Below the pieces are notes generated by a model. That model was not told the DNA's origin. It was given only the letters and a program-made list of their open reading frames with translations, and did not search any database. A DNA stretch of 64,000 bases from Camelus dromedarius (taxonomy: Eukaryota): NCBI RefSeq assembly GCF_036321535.1, contig NC_087437.1, positions 33,730,001 to 33,794,000 on the forward strand, given 5' to 3'. Position 1 is the stretch's first letter; the number at the start of each line of letters is the position of its first letter. The position numbers were made by a program, and so were the translations under genes. Below, piece after piece: positions 13,004 to 24,299 of this stretch.

Positions 13004-13740
13004 TACAATGAGATACCATTTCGTACCTACTAAGATGGCTATAATAAAAAATATGGACAATAACAAGTGATAAGGATGCAGAAAAATCAGAACCCTCATA
13101 CAATGCTGGAGGGAAAATAAAATGATGCAGCTGCTTTGGAAAACAGTTTGGCAGTTCCTTGAAAAGTTAAACATGGAGCTACCGTATGACCCAGCAACTT
13201 CACTCCTTCAGAAGTGAAAGGAGTTCACTTCACAGAATAGAAAACATACATTCACACAAAATTTTGTACACTGACGTTCATGGCAGCATTATTCATAGAA
13301 AAAGTGCAGAAACAACCCAAATGTCCATCAACTGATAAATGGATAAACAAACTAGGGTATATATCATACAATGAAATATTATTTAGTCATAAAACAGGAA
13401 TCAAGTACTGCTACATCATGGGTGAATCTTGAAAACATTGTGCTAAGTGAAAGAAACCAGACACAGAAGGCCACATATTGTAGGATTCCGTGTATATGAA
13501 ATATCCAGAACAGGTGAATTCATAGAGATAGAAAGCAGATTAGTGGTTATCAGGAGCTGGAGAAAGAGAGGAATGGGAGAGGATTGCTAATGGGTACAGG
13601 GATTTTGGGGGAGAGTGAAAAAAATGTTCTGGAATTGGATAGCAGTGATGGTTGCACAACTGTGATTGTACTAAACACTGCTGAGTTGTACACTTTAAAA
13701 GAGTGTATTTTATCATATTTAAATTGCATCTCAATAAAAA
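13004..13740 (+). mobile_element. L1MB-type element, ORF2 end plus 3'UTR, with degraded TSD
   Basis: 'tacaatgagataccatttc...ctttggaaaacagtttggcagttcct...catctcaataaaaa'; TSD-like aaaattaagctttgac (12988-13003) vs ataactaagccttgac (13741-13756), 13/16. Confidence 0.9.
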
Positions 13741-14739
13741 ATAACTAAGCCTTGACAAGACCTTATTTACTTACTAGTTTTACTGTTAAAAGCTTCATGC
13801 TGACAAATATAGAACGTCCCCTCCTCAAACCCATGACCCATCTTTGAGTTTCTTGTTTTTAAATTTTTCATATATGTGGTCTCACTTCTGTATCTCTTTT
13901 TGGCAACTTCAAAACTATTGTTCCATTATCTGGGAGTCACTCCAGTTGGAGGTGACTAGGAAAAGAAAAATTTGAGAACTGGGAATAGGAAAAGGAAGGA
14001 AGGCAAAAGTTACGGAAGGAGTTGAAACTTTTATAGTGAGGTCTTGGGAGAAATAAAGGAAACTGTGGGCAAGTAAACCAGGCAGGGATCTGCACTTCTG
14101 CATCTGGAGGAAGGCAGACGCTAAGCTGTGTAAGCCAGAGACTGAAGGGCTGTGTCTTGAAGCTGCCACTCGAGGCCTGGGTAGGATGTAAGAAGCCTCT
14201 AAAAGTCGACAGCTCAGAGTTGGAAAAACTCAAAAGCATCTTAGGTTGAAGGGCCAGCCAGAGAAGAACTATGCGTCCCAGTGGGTGGCCCATCTGTGAC
14301 TATTCCATATGACGTATAGGCACTTTAATGAGACTTTAAAGGAGAATCTAAGACGTTTCAAGGCAGTCAAGGGCTGGTCAATCAAAATCGGTTGAATTGT
14401 ACTCACTGGTGTTAACTTTTGATGTACAGCATGTTTGATAGGCTCTTGAGGTCACCGTGGCTTGAGTTCTTTGTCTTCAATATTTATAATCCCTTTAAAC
14501 TCCACCCCCAGCCCTATTTTTTCTATAAGGTCTTAAATTCCTCAACTGAAGATTCCCTTATAGAGGGCTTTTCATTCATGATTGGAGAGGGAATTGCTGT
14601 CTTTGGCTGACAGAGGTTCTAAATAGCTGAGTACAGCAAGAGCAGATTCAGTGGTTTTAATTTTTATTGAAGCTATTGATATGCACTATAATGCATGGAT
14701 TGTATTACCAGAAACAAAACAAAGCAAAACAAAGGCTAG

Positions 14740-15110
14740 CTCTATTTGTGAAAAAAATTGGCATTTCCTAAAGTCCTAACATAAAGTATTGTCATAAATT
14801 ATGGCAAATATATATAATGAGGTGTTAGGCAGCATTGTTTTAAATGATGTTTACAGAGGTTTTAAAAGCATGAGGAAATCCACACATATTAATATAATAT
14901 TATGCCAGAAAAACAGATTGTCAAATTTTATATATTATGCTATTATGCATGTTATATATTATGCATCCAAAAAAGTTAAGAATAGAGACTAGAATTTAAT
15001 GATAAAGTTTTAGCAGTGATTGTTTCTATGGAGTGGGGTTACTAATGATTATTATGCTCCCTTTCATATCTTTCTGAATTTTTCAAATTTTCTCATGTAT
15101 CACTTTTTTA
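14740..15110 (+). mobile_element. Ancient L1 (L1ME-like) 3' end
   Basis: 'ataaattatggcaaatatatataatgagg...gcagtgattgtttct..gagtggggttact...tttttcaaattttct'. Confidence 0.5.
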
Positions 15111-15524
15111 ACTCAAACCCTCCCCCTCTCCAAATATTTGATAAAATAGAGTTCAAAACAATCTAAAATCTGGATCTGGGAATGCTGAATTTCCCAGGTG
15201 CTACTGGCATAGTTGTGGAGCATACACAAAAAGGCTAAGACAGCAGAAGTCTGTATTCAGCATGTGGAATAGCCTTTATGTCATAAATCTTGCAATATCC
15301 GAAGAAAGCTGTGCCTCTTTTTTTCCCACATATGGTCAGATTGAAAGTGACTGTGGTTAGACAGGTTGCTTAGCTTTAAAATAATCAAGTCATTTATTTT
15401 TCCAAATAGTAGGCAACTAGTTGGCTAGTTTGTTTTTATTTGATTCAATTACATTTTACATGGAATATTTAGACATTCAAGCCCTATCTTAAAAGAAAGA
15501 TTTCTCTGAATGTCAGGCCAACTC

Positions 15525-15640
15525 TTCACCTGCATTTCACAGATAGGAAAACTGAGGCCCAAGGCAGTTAGTCAACTGGCTGTAGGGCAGGAGTCTGATT
15601 AGTGAGAGAGTGAAGACTAGACTCCACTGGTCCTGACTTG
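15525..15640 (-). mobile_element. MIR fragment
   Basis: 'catttcacagataggaaaactgaggccca'. Confidence 0.6.
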
Positions 15641-15959
15641 GCAGCTGATGGGGTCTATGGAGAAAGAGATGACAGATAAAAAATGATTAACATAATTTGA
15701 AAGTTAGCTGCTTTATTCGTTGAAGAGTACTTGAAATAACTTACCATTTTCTGATAATTAACATAAATATCTACCAAAAAAAGCTATGTATTTTTGGTCA
15801 GAGGAAAAGCTAGGGGAGAAAAGACTCAGCAACCACGAGGCTATGTGTGTAGGAGAGAAAAATGATCCCAAGCACCCATGATTCATGTTCAGATCACCCC
15901 GGAGAGGGATGGTTTCCTGGTCCATGTGGACTAATGGTCACTGAGCTTCTGTAGTGTGC

Positions 15960-16160
15960 TGGGGTCTATCCGAGGCTCCTTTCCCTATAACTTTTCTTGG
16001 AACCCCACAACCATGCTATGCAGAAGATATTTCCAGCCATGTTTCAGAACTGGGGAAACTTACTATGCTCAGAGAGGGTATGAAGATTTCTCAGGGTCAC
16101 TCAGGTAATTACTAGCCAACCCAGAATTCCCATGTAGACCGTATGACTCTGAAGCCCACC
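15960..16160 (-). mobile_element. MIR fragment
   Basis: 'cccacaaccatgctatg...gctcagagagggt...cagggtcactcag...tgactctgaagccc'. Confidence 0.55.
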
Positions 16161-16814
16161 ACCCACCTGAACAGAGAGAAAAAAATGGCCCTGTTGGCTA
16201 GGCCCTTCAGTCACCAGCACCCCTGAACATGGCACTTTCAGCCACCTGCCTCACTCGTAGCTGCTTGGGTGGATTCTGGCAAAAATCATTTTTCTTTGAG
16301 GTTCAAAATAAAGAATGCTGCACCCTGAAAGAGACAAGAATAGAAGACAGTTCCCGTTTGGTCCAGTGTTTGTGATGGTGTCTATCACTATCTCCTGCCT
16401 CACTTTTCTCACAAATTTCTAGAAACTATTTCTCCCTCAGAAGATGCCATCACTAGTATTTGTTCCTAAGTGTTTACCCAGTAATTGTTCCATATCTTCC
16501 CTCAATACCAAAACTTAGTGAAGTAAGTATAATTTCCTTAACTGTTTCTAGGCTGACTTCAGTTTAAACCATGGCTTATTCAGAAGGGGTAAGATGGATA
16601 ATGGTTTGGGAGAATTTAATCTAGTTTCTGTATAAGATACTGTACACCCCTCCTCACAGGAGAAAGAACACTGCAGCCGCTCTCATTTAATGTGGACTAC
16701 TTCTAACATTTCACTCTTCCTTGTTCCCATCCTCCTCTTTGGTTAAACCAAGTCCCTTCACTGTGTACAACTGGCTTATGATGACCAGGGCAAAAATAGT
16801 TCACCTTGATGTCT

Positions 16815-16980
16815 GTTATAACCGGCTTCGTCAGCACCATCTGTGATCTTACAAGAAATGCAAATTCTTAGGCTCCACCCTGGACCTACTGGATCAGAAA
16901 TTCTGGAGATGGGAGCCCAGCAAACGGTGTTTTGAAAAGCTCTGCAGATGATTATGTACTCCAAGTGTGAGAGCCACCTG
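16815..16980. mobile_element. MER5A (hAT-Charlie MITE)
   Basis: 'agaaatgcaaattcttaggctccaccctggacctactggatcagaaattctggagatgggagcccagcaa..gtgttttgaaaagctct' matches MER5A. Confidence 0.85.
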
Positions 16981-17095
16981 CATATAAATTATTTCCTTTT
17001 TTTAAAAAAAAAGTTTTTAGGTGATATAGACCAGAGCTCTAAAAAGATCACCAATAGTGAACCTAGTAACCTAGTTCTTGCATATTCAACAACTA

Positions 17096-17277
17096 AGGTC
17101 AGCAGATAAAATACAAGATGTCCAGTTACACTTGAATTTCAGATAAACAGATTTTTTTAGTGTAAGTGTGCCCCATACAATACTAAGGAAATAGTTACAC
17201 TTAAAAAAAAGTTGTTTATCTGAAATTCAAATTTAACTGGGAGTTGTGTATTTTTATTTAGTAAATCTAGCAACCCC
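17096..17277. mobile_element. MER53 palindromic DNA-transposon MITE
   Basis: 'cagataaaatacaagatgtccagtta..ttgaatttcagataaaca...tgtttatctgaaattcaaatttaactggg...aaatctagcaaccc'; perfect 18-bp inverted repeat 17132-17149 / 17213-17230. Confidence 0.9.
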
Positions 17278-17707
17278 ATCACCAATCCATTCTTCTACCA
17301 GTGGGCTCTGAGAGGTGGGAGTAACTGCAGTCTGGTGGGTCCGGATGGCCTCCTTTGTTTTCATCCTGCAGCAGGTCAAGCTGGGAAGAAAGCACCATGT
17401 AATTCACGCCTGTGCCTTTTATAAGCACTTGGCTGCATGCTGTGATTTGGGAAAACAGTATTTACTACACTTAACATTACTCGTTTATTTTGTATCACAG
17501 AAAAGGATAATGCCTTTCTCCCCCGTTTAACCTAATAGCCTATTAGAAAAGCACAAGGTATCCTCCCCAAGAGTCCTTCTAGGGAATTTCAGAAAAATCA
17601 AGCAGAGTGAGACAAAATAAGATGGAGGTTGGGGAGGATGGTTTGTTAAAGTGCAGAGTGGTAGCTAGCACGCCTTGAATGAGCCAGGGCTAAGTTTTGG
17701 GTTAAGT

Positions 17708-17745
17708 TGTGTGTGTGCGCGCGTGTGCATGTGCGCGCGCGCATA
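17708..17745. repeat. Alternating purine-pyrimidine (TG/CG) tract, Z-DNA-prone
   Basis: tgtgtgtgtgcgcgcgtgtgcatgtgcgcgcgcgcata, 38 bp of strict alternation. Confidence 0.85.
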
Positions 17746-17879
17746 GGTGTACGCTCAGAAGGGTGGGAAGGAATCAATACATGATTAGGAAACTGATACT
17801 TACTGGGTTCCTACCGGTGTCATGCATTATGCATGAGTCTTTATATAAATTACGTTTCATCTTGATGCTGTTACAAAAG

Positions 17880-18090
17880 CATTCCCTGAGAAAGGAATGT
17901 TGGAGACAGGGGAGCTCAGCACTGACGTCACGGTACCCCTCCCAGTGCTGCCTGTGCTTCTTCATGAAGCCGCCATCTCTGTCTTGCCCACTTACGTCAA
18001 AGAGTGCGTCTATGTTTACTGCCCATCCCCTTCCTTCAAGAAGGAGACGTGAATACCTTTTAAAAAGAGAGAAAAATTCATCCTAGACTG
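17880..18090 (+). promoter_or_regulatory. Candidate CREB/cAMP-responsive promoter
   Basis: TGACGTCA 17923-17930, TTACGTCA 17992-17999, FOX-type TGTTTAC 18013-18019, GACGTGA ~18046, TATA-like TTTAAAAA ~18059-18066; unique sequence with retained CpGs. Confidence 0.6.
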
Positions 18091-18241
18091 TAAGGAGTTC
18101 AGAACTAAATCCTGAGCAGGAATCTTCTAACAAGCTACTGAAGCTTTGACCGATTCCATGAGATGCAGTAGGAGTCAAGAGAGACTCAGCTGAATGTGGC
18201 TCATGAATTTAATCATCCTGTTGAGTGTCCCCCACCTACAG
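18085..18241 (+). other. Putative first exon of an unidentified transcript
   Basis: Begins ~25 bp after the TATA-like element and ends at CAG|GTACTA (18241/18242). ATG 18194 opens MWLMNLIILLSVPHLQ up to the donor. Start position inferred. Confidence 0.35.
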
Positions 18242-19739
18242 GTACTAATTATAAAGCACTGTGAAAATTATGGCAAATATATTTCTTATTAACTAGCTTA
18301 CATAATATGTATTTCTTAGCTGGTGGTGGAAATAGTTTGTTTTGAATTTGGTGTTCTATTATATGTATGCTTTCGCTACTAAGGAATAAAGAGAGAAACA
18401 TAAACAGCCAATGCCCATCCCAACCCCTGCCTTTGGAATGCAAGAGAATTTAGGATGGGAGAGTGACTGCTGCGTGGGTCAACATGGAGACCATGGCCTC
18501 TTCTGCCCTGCACTCCCCACCTCAAGACAGGCATGAGTGACCGTGGAACAGAGCCTGCAGTCACATTTCTGGCAGCGCCAGTGGTGAGCAGTACGTTTTT
18601 GCTGAATGAAAGTGAGCAAAGGACAAGGCCGTGGCATCACAGACAGTGCGGGACGAGAAAGAGGGAAGAGGGGAGGGGCCTCTGCCCCGACTGCCTTGTG
18701 TCCGATTTAAGGATTAGCAGTTCAGGACCCCTGAAACATTTGTAACTTCCCATAAAATTTAACTGATATATTTTATTTGTCTTCAAAGCAGCCTCCCAAG
18801 CAATTAGTTTAGCTGCAATTTGGGGATCGCTGACATAGCTCCCACAGTTTTTCACTAGCCATTAACCAACCAGCTGTTTGGGGGGATTTTTTTCTAAACA
18901 ATTCAAATTTAGGAAATCACTTTTATGGGCACTCAAATTGCTCTTATTTCCCCTTCCCTATCAAAGATGCTGTTTTTGTGATTTCCAACTGAAAGACAAA
19001 GGATTGCTTGACATAATGATTTTACTTTCTTAACTGGGTCTAGATATAATTCAGTTTAATCGGCAGAAAGCAATGGGAGAAGTGAAAACAATCTAAAGTT
19101 TCTAGAAAACTGATAAAATATAAATTATTCTTTAACTTCTCCCACTCTACTTCTAAATAGAGACACATTGGTATTCACAATTAATTGGAAATAAAATTTG
19201 TGATTAAAGTGATAATATTTTTTAAGTATATATACTTGCCTTTTGCATCAATGACAGTCATGGCTGTGTAGGGATTTATGTATGTAAATAAATGCAGGTA
19301 AATATATATACAAACATACATATGTTTGTAATGTTCTGGCACACTGTAGTTGCTCAGTAAATAGTAACTATTATTGTTACTGAGTATAGCAAATCATGAT
19401 GTGTAGAGTCAAAAATCCAAATTGTGTGGTCACTCTGTTGTGCAGTGAGTACAAAAAAGAGTATTTTTAGCTCGTCTTATAATGTCCCCCAAAAGCCCAC
19501 AAAATAAAATAAGAGGAGTGACACTTCTGTTGTACCTACAGACCATACATCACGTCCTCCTGCATTTAAAAATGGAGATGGGGAGGGGACCAGAACCAAT
19601 CACTAACCACATGTAAGCAGGTTATAATCATAAGAGTTTATATCATAATCTGATTAGTTGGAAATTATGATTCATGCATGTTATATGTGTGACTTTATTT
19701 TTCATTTGATACAAATGAACATTTTACTATGATTTTATT

Positions 19740-19960
19740 AACTATAGTTAATAATACTGAGCTGCACATTTGAAAGTTGCTAAGAGAGTAAATCTTAAAA
19801 TTTCTCATCATGAGGTTAAAAAAAAGTTTATAACTATGCGTGGTGACAGATGTTAACTAGACTTATTGTGATGATTGTTTTAGTATATGCAAATATCGAA
19901 TCATTATGCTGTACACCTGAAACTAATATAATGTTATATGTTAACTATATCTCAATTTTT
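19740..19960 (+). mobile_element. L1MA9-like 3' end
   Basis: 'actatagttaataatactg..ttgaaagttgctaagagagtaaatcttaaaa...atgctgtacacctgaaactaatataatgttatatg'. Confidence 0.85.
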
Positions 19961-20844
19961 AAAGTATATTCTAGTTTTTACCCCTAGGCTATACCAATAT
20001 GACATTATTAAAACTGGTTGAAAAGTGAAAATTAAGTTAAAGAGGGAATTAGTGTGGTTAGACCTACTGCGAGATGGGTAATGATAGCCAGAGTTGAAAT
20101 ACTCCTGGTAGTTGGGGTCTTCCAGATGCAGACAAAAATCTCAGTGCATAAATGACAATGGCCAGTTGATGCCAAGAAGCTTTTCTAACTCCGAATCAGC
20201 ATTGAGTGGGTATGTCATCGTGTGGTACGAAGGGATCTCATGTATATTTCATTGATAGACTGCAAAGGAAAGTTTCTGTTTTCTTTAATATAGACAGTCC
20301 TCTTCTTTGAAAAATCAGATGAGAGGCTCTAATTACATGTTGCAGCTTCTGTGGGAAAAAAAAACCCACATAAACAATTGCCTAGGCTGATTAAAATCAC
20401 ATATTATATACAAATTAAAACTATTGACCATTTAGGGGAACAATTACAAAGCTCTACAGTGCACTGGCACAGAATTCCATCAGTGTTTTCTGCCTGAGCC
20501 AAAGCAAAATGACTCTTTTGATTCCTACAGGTCATTAATTTCCAAGTTGGGTTATTAGGATGATAACATTTAGTTTTTCAGTGGATTGTGTCCCCCTCTC
20601 CCTTTTGGTTTTTGGAGAGTAAATGGACATTTGACATCCAGGATGTGGATAGTAATTTCACAACTCTGTCTTTAGTACCTTGTATGTTTGACCTTGAGAA
20701 ACAAGCCCAAAGTCTTCGTCTCAGCCAAAAAGAAGCAGAGTTCTCAAAATCAACCTTCGTTTTCCAAGGAAATGGCAGGAAATCCTTTCTCCCCTGCTCC
20801 CTCACACTTCCTGGGTAACCAACCTTTTTGCCCACTCTCAGAAT

Positions 20845-21020
20845 GCCATCATAGTGTCTGAGGGACGTGGAGTCAGCCCGCTTGGGTTCAGATCTCCAGC
20901 CACCCACTTACTTCTCTGGGTGGCTTAGAATAATTACTTCCTCTCTGAGGGTCAGTTTCCTCATCTGTAAAACAGGAGTAACACATAGGACCAGGCACCT
21001 AGTAAACACTAATAAATATT
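20845..21020 (+). mobile_element. MIR SINE
   Basis: 'ggagtcagcccgcttgggttcagatct...tcagtttcctcatctgtaaaa...ggcacctagtaaacact'. Confidence 0.75.
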
Positions 21021-21119
21021 AGTGGAGGGAAAAACATCCCAGAAATCTTTGAGGGGCTGCATTTTGGTGGAGCAGAAAGAGTGGTGTTTTTGGAAACTAA
21101 AGTGTTTCGTTGTGAGATT

Positions 21120-21470
21120 TGGGGCCAGGAACTAAACATCTTGGAGCACTAACTTTCTCCTAGGTAAAATGGGAAATATAATTATCTTATGAGATTGTTA
21201 TGAGGAGAAAATAATGTAATATGCTTATGGGAAACATTGCTGAAAGAATAGGGTTTGGGCATCCAATGGAGAGTTTGAACCCTAGCCTTTCCACTTACAT
21301 AGCTCTGTGATCTTGAGCAAGTTACTCTCTGTCTCCTTATTTGTCTAACAGGCACCATAAAACCTCCATTGCAGAGTTACCAGGTGAATTTAGAGTTAAT
21401 TTTTATGAAGTTCTTTAGGCGTAGTAGGCAGATGCATTGTTTTCTGAAATATTCTGTAATCTGTGCACTA
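21120..21470 (+). mobile_element. Two adjacent MIR fragments
   Basis: 'gtaaaatggg...gattgttatgagg' and 'ccacttacatagctctgtgatcttgagcaagttact'. Confidence 0.6.
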
Positions 21471-21734
21471 TGAGTAATGTAATGTAATAGCACTGTGAGC
21501 TGCCAGCTTCATCATTACTATTTTTGTTCTTCTGGACAAGATGGACCAGTGAGTCCTTTCCTCCAATCTCTATCTGCAGCCTGTAGAAACCTTTAATAGT
21601 TACTCCTTCCCTGGAATGCTGGGTGTGCGTACCATAAACTTGGGAACTTAAAGGTCTCATTACTTTTGAAGTCCCAGAAACACAATGCCAAAAGAAGGCA
21701 TTGCCTCAGGAAAGTGGTCCTGTCAATGATCTGC

Positions 21735-22125
21735 TTTCTGCAGCAAGTATCAGAAATCTAGACCTTAACCCATGAGGATTTTTTCTCTCATAAAGGAGAA
21801 GATGCAGGGAAGGCAATCCTGAGCTGGTTCAGCAGCTCAACAGCAGCATCAGAGGCATGAGTACCTTCTGTTTACCTGCTGTTTCTTCCTCAGTGTGTAA
21901 CTTTTGTCTTCAGGCTGTTGTGAGAACAGGCTCCAGGAAGGAAGGAGGTGGGTGGGGCAGCAACTTCTATTTGCATCTCATAAGCCAGAGCTAGGTTACA
22001 TAGCAACCCCTGGCTGCAAGGAGGGGTGGAGGAAATGTTTAACTGGACATACTATTGCCCCAAATGAAACTGGGATTCTAGTAGTCAGGAAGAAGGGAGA
22101 GTCGAGAACTGTTTGGCAGCTAGCC
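21735..22125 (-). mobile_element. MaLR LTR remnant (MLT1J/K-like)
   Basis: 'gctggttcagcagctcaacag...gccagagctaggttacatagcaacccctggctgcaaggagg' is typical of old MLT1 LTRs. Confidence 0.65.
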
Positions 22126-22381
22126 CTGGGATCTGGACTCCCCAAGGGGCTGCCGGTGAGAATGAGCTGGCGGCCCATCCAGCAGAGCAGAGATCTGTTC
22201 GAGTCACTTCAGAAGATGACTTTGCACTGAAAATTCTAGTAATTCTAAGATTCAGGCTGCTTCCTTTTCCTGTGTATATGTGGTAAGAACAGATAATGTG
22301 AGATCTATCCTCTTAGCAAATTCTTAGGGGTATAGTACATGTGGAGTAAGGTACTGCTGGCTTTTCTTGCTTTCCTTGCAG

Positions 22382-22560
22382 GAAATGGAAATGCCAGCCT
22401 GCACTTGAGAAAGGCAGTTCGTATCTCTGGTGATTGGTTTTTGGTCTGGTTTAATCAGTTTGCTTTTCTGAGATTTGCAACTGCCTTGGTTGTCCAGGCT
22501 GACAGACTTCTCTCTCAGATTTATCCCCGTGATTCATGGCTGGGGGTCTGTCTCCCCAGG
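22382..22560 (+). other. Candidate internal exon
   Basis: Strong acceptor cttttcttgctttccttgcag (22361-22381) and donor AGG|GTAACG; motif evidence only. Confidence 0.25.
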
Positions 22561-24299
22561 GTAACGCATGGACATCCCCACAGCAGTATGGACCCCACCA
22601 CCACCCCGTCCTCAGGGCTCTTTTTTTGCACAAAGCACAGCTCAGGTGATGCAATGAACAGGAGCCCTGAATTTCATGGTTGGAGCTGCTTTCTTCCATG
22701 TGAAGAGGGGAGCACTTGACTGAAATATAAATCCTATTCAAATAAGCTTGGCCTAACTCCACACAGGCCTTAGGTATTGCTGTGAATTCTCTGCCTGAGA
22801 AGGGAAGATAAATCAAATGCATAAAACTGAGATTGGCGCCATAAATACAAAAAATAAATGTTAACATCTGTAACAGGTCTGTGTGATATAAGCCCACCTC
22901 AGAAAAATGTCTATTCTTGTTTGCTAGAGGGGATCTCAAAAGGAGACAGAGTCACCTTCTGGGTATGAAAGGGGCTCTCAACACATGGAAAAATAAAAAG
23001 TGCGCTCCATGGGCCTTGACGCAGTGGCTGAAGTTTTTAATATTACAACTGAGTCTTCTAAGGTCTTGTTAAATTATGAATGCTGTTAGTGACATATCAG
23101 CTAGACTTCCATAACACTTGATCTTAAATAAGTTTATCAGATTAACTGTAGAAAATTCCACTAGGTTGAAGCTTTCCTGGGAGCAGGAACTGGGCTTTCT
23201 TCCTGCATCCAAGGACTTGGCATGATGCGGGCAGCTGGGCACAGAGCAGGCGTCAGTGAATGCTGTCCCCAGCTAATGAAGGGGGTGTGATGTGGGAATG
23301 AAGAAGGGGGGTCTGAGGAGGGCAGAGCTGACAAGACAGATGACTCCATAGGGGGAAGCACTGGCAACTATGAGGAAACTAGGTATCTGGGGAGAAAGGG
23401 CTCAGAAAGTAGACTGGACAGCCCCATAGAAAACAGCCATCCTACTGCGTGCATTTGCCAAGAATTATGCTGCTCCTTGGTACCGTCGAAGTGAAGGTCA
23501 GGAACCCATGATGCGATGCCACTGGAAAAAAAAAACACCATGAAGAGGAAAAATATTTGTCAGCAGGTCCAATTCTGGCTTCTTCTTTTGGATTTATTTT
23601 TAAATAAAGTGGGTCTTATTAAAGTAATTAGCCTAGCTGTGAGAGTTTTGCCACTGATTCTGGAGTTCCCAAGATAATAGAGCACATGTTGAATAAAAAG
23701 ATAATTCTAAGCCTCCATGTTTCTCTAGGGTCTTTTTTCAGTACATGCTTATAGTCCAAATTCATAAGTGTTGGCTAATGTAATGTTTTAATTGCTCCTG
23801 CTCCTCTGTATGCTGTGATAGAAGGCAAGCCATAACACTGATTAATTTTGCATTTTGCTTAAGCAATATAAAAGTCCTTTCTATCTTTTGTTTTAATCAT
23901 GCAACACTTTTTGAATCTATTCCTTTTAAATTTTGTTTAACAATGAGGCGCTGATACTCATATCCTGATGACTAGTAAGTGTTTGCATTACCCTATCCTT
24001 CAGCCAATGTCCACTCCGTCTGTCTCTATGAACCTGTAGTCCTGCTAGGTGAAAACACTAAATCAGAAACGTTAATTTATTTAAGGGGATATTTTTAATA
24101 TTAATCTGATGTGAAGGAGCCAATATCCTGCGCTAGCTCATTGCATTACATACACAATCAGTGTACATACAATCACTGAATTTATCACGCCAGGACTTGT
24201 AATGAGAAGATAATTAACCATCTTCCTCTTTAGGGTGGAAATGCCTTTCTCTGGGCTCTCTGCAAAATTATTGGCGAGAGTATAAATAATTGGCTAAGC

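Noticed and set aside
22339..22719. 126-aa ORF with signal-peptide-like start (MWSKVLLAFLAFLAG)
   Set aside because: The hydrophobic stretch is the translation of a polypyrimidine tract or splice acceptor, and the rest resembles no known protein.
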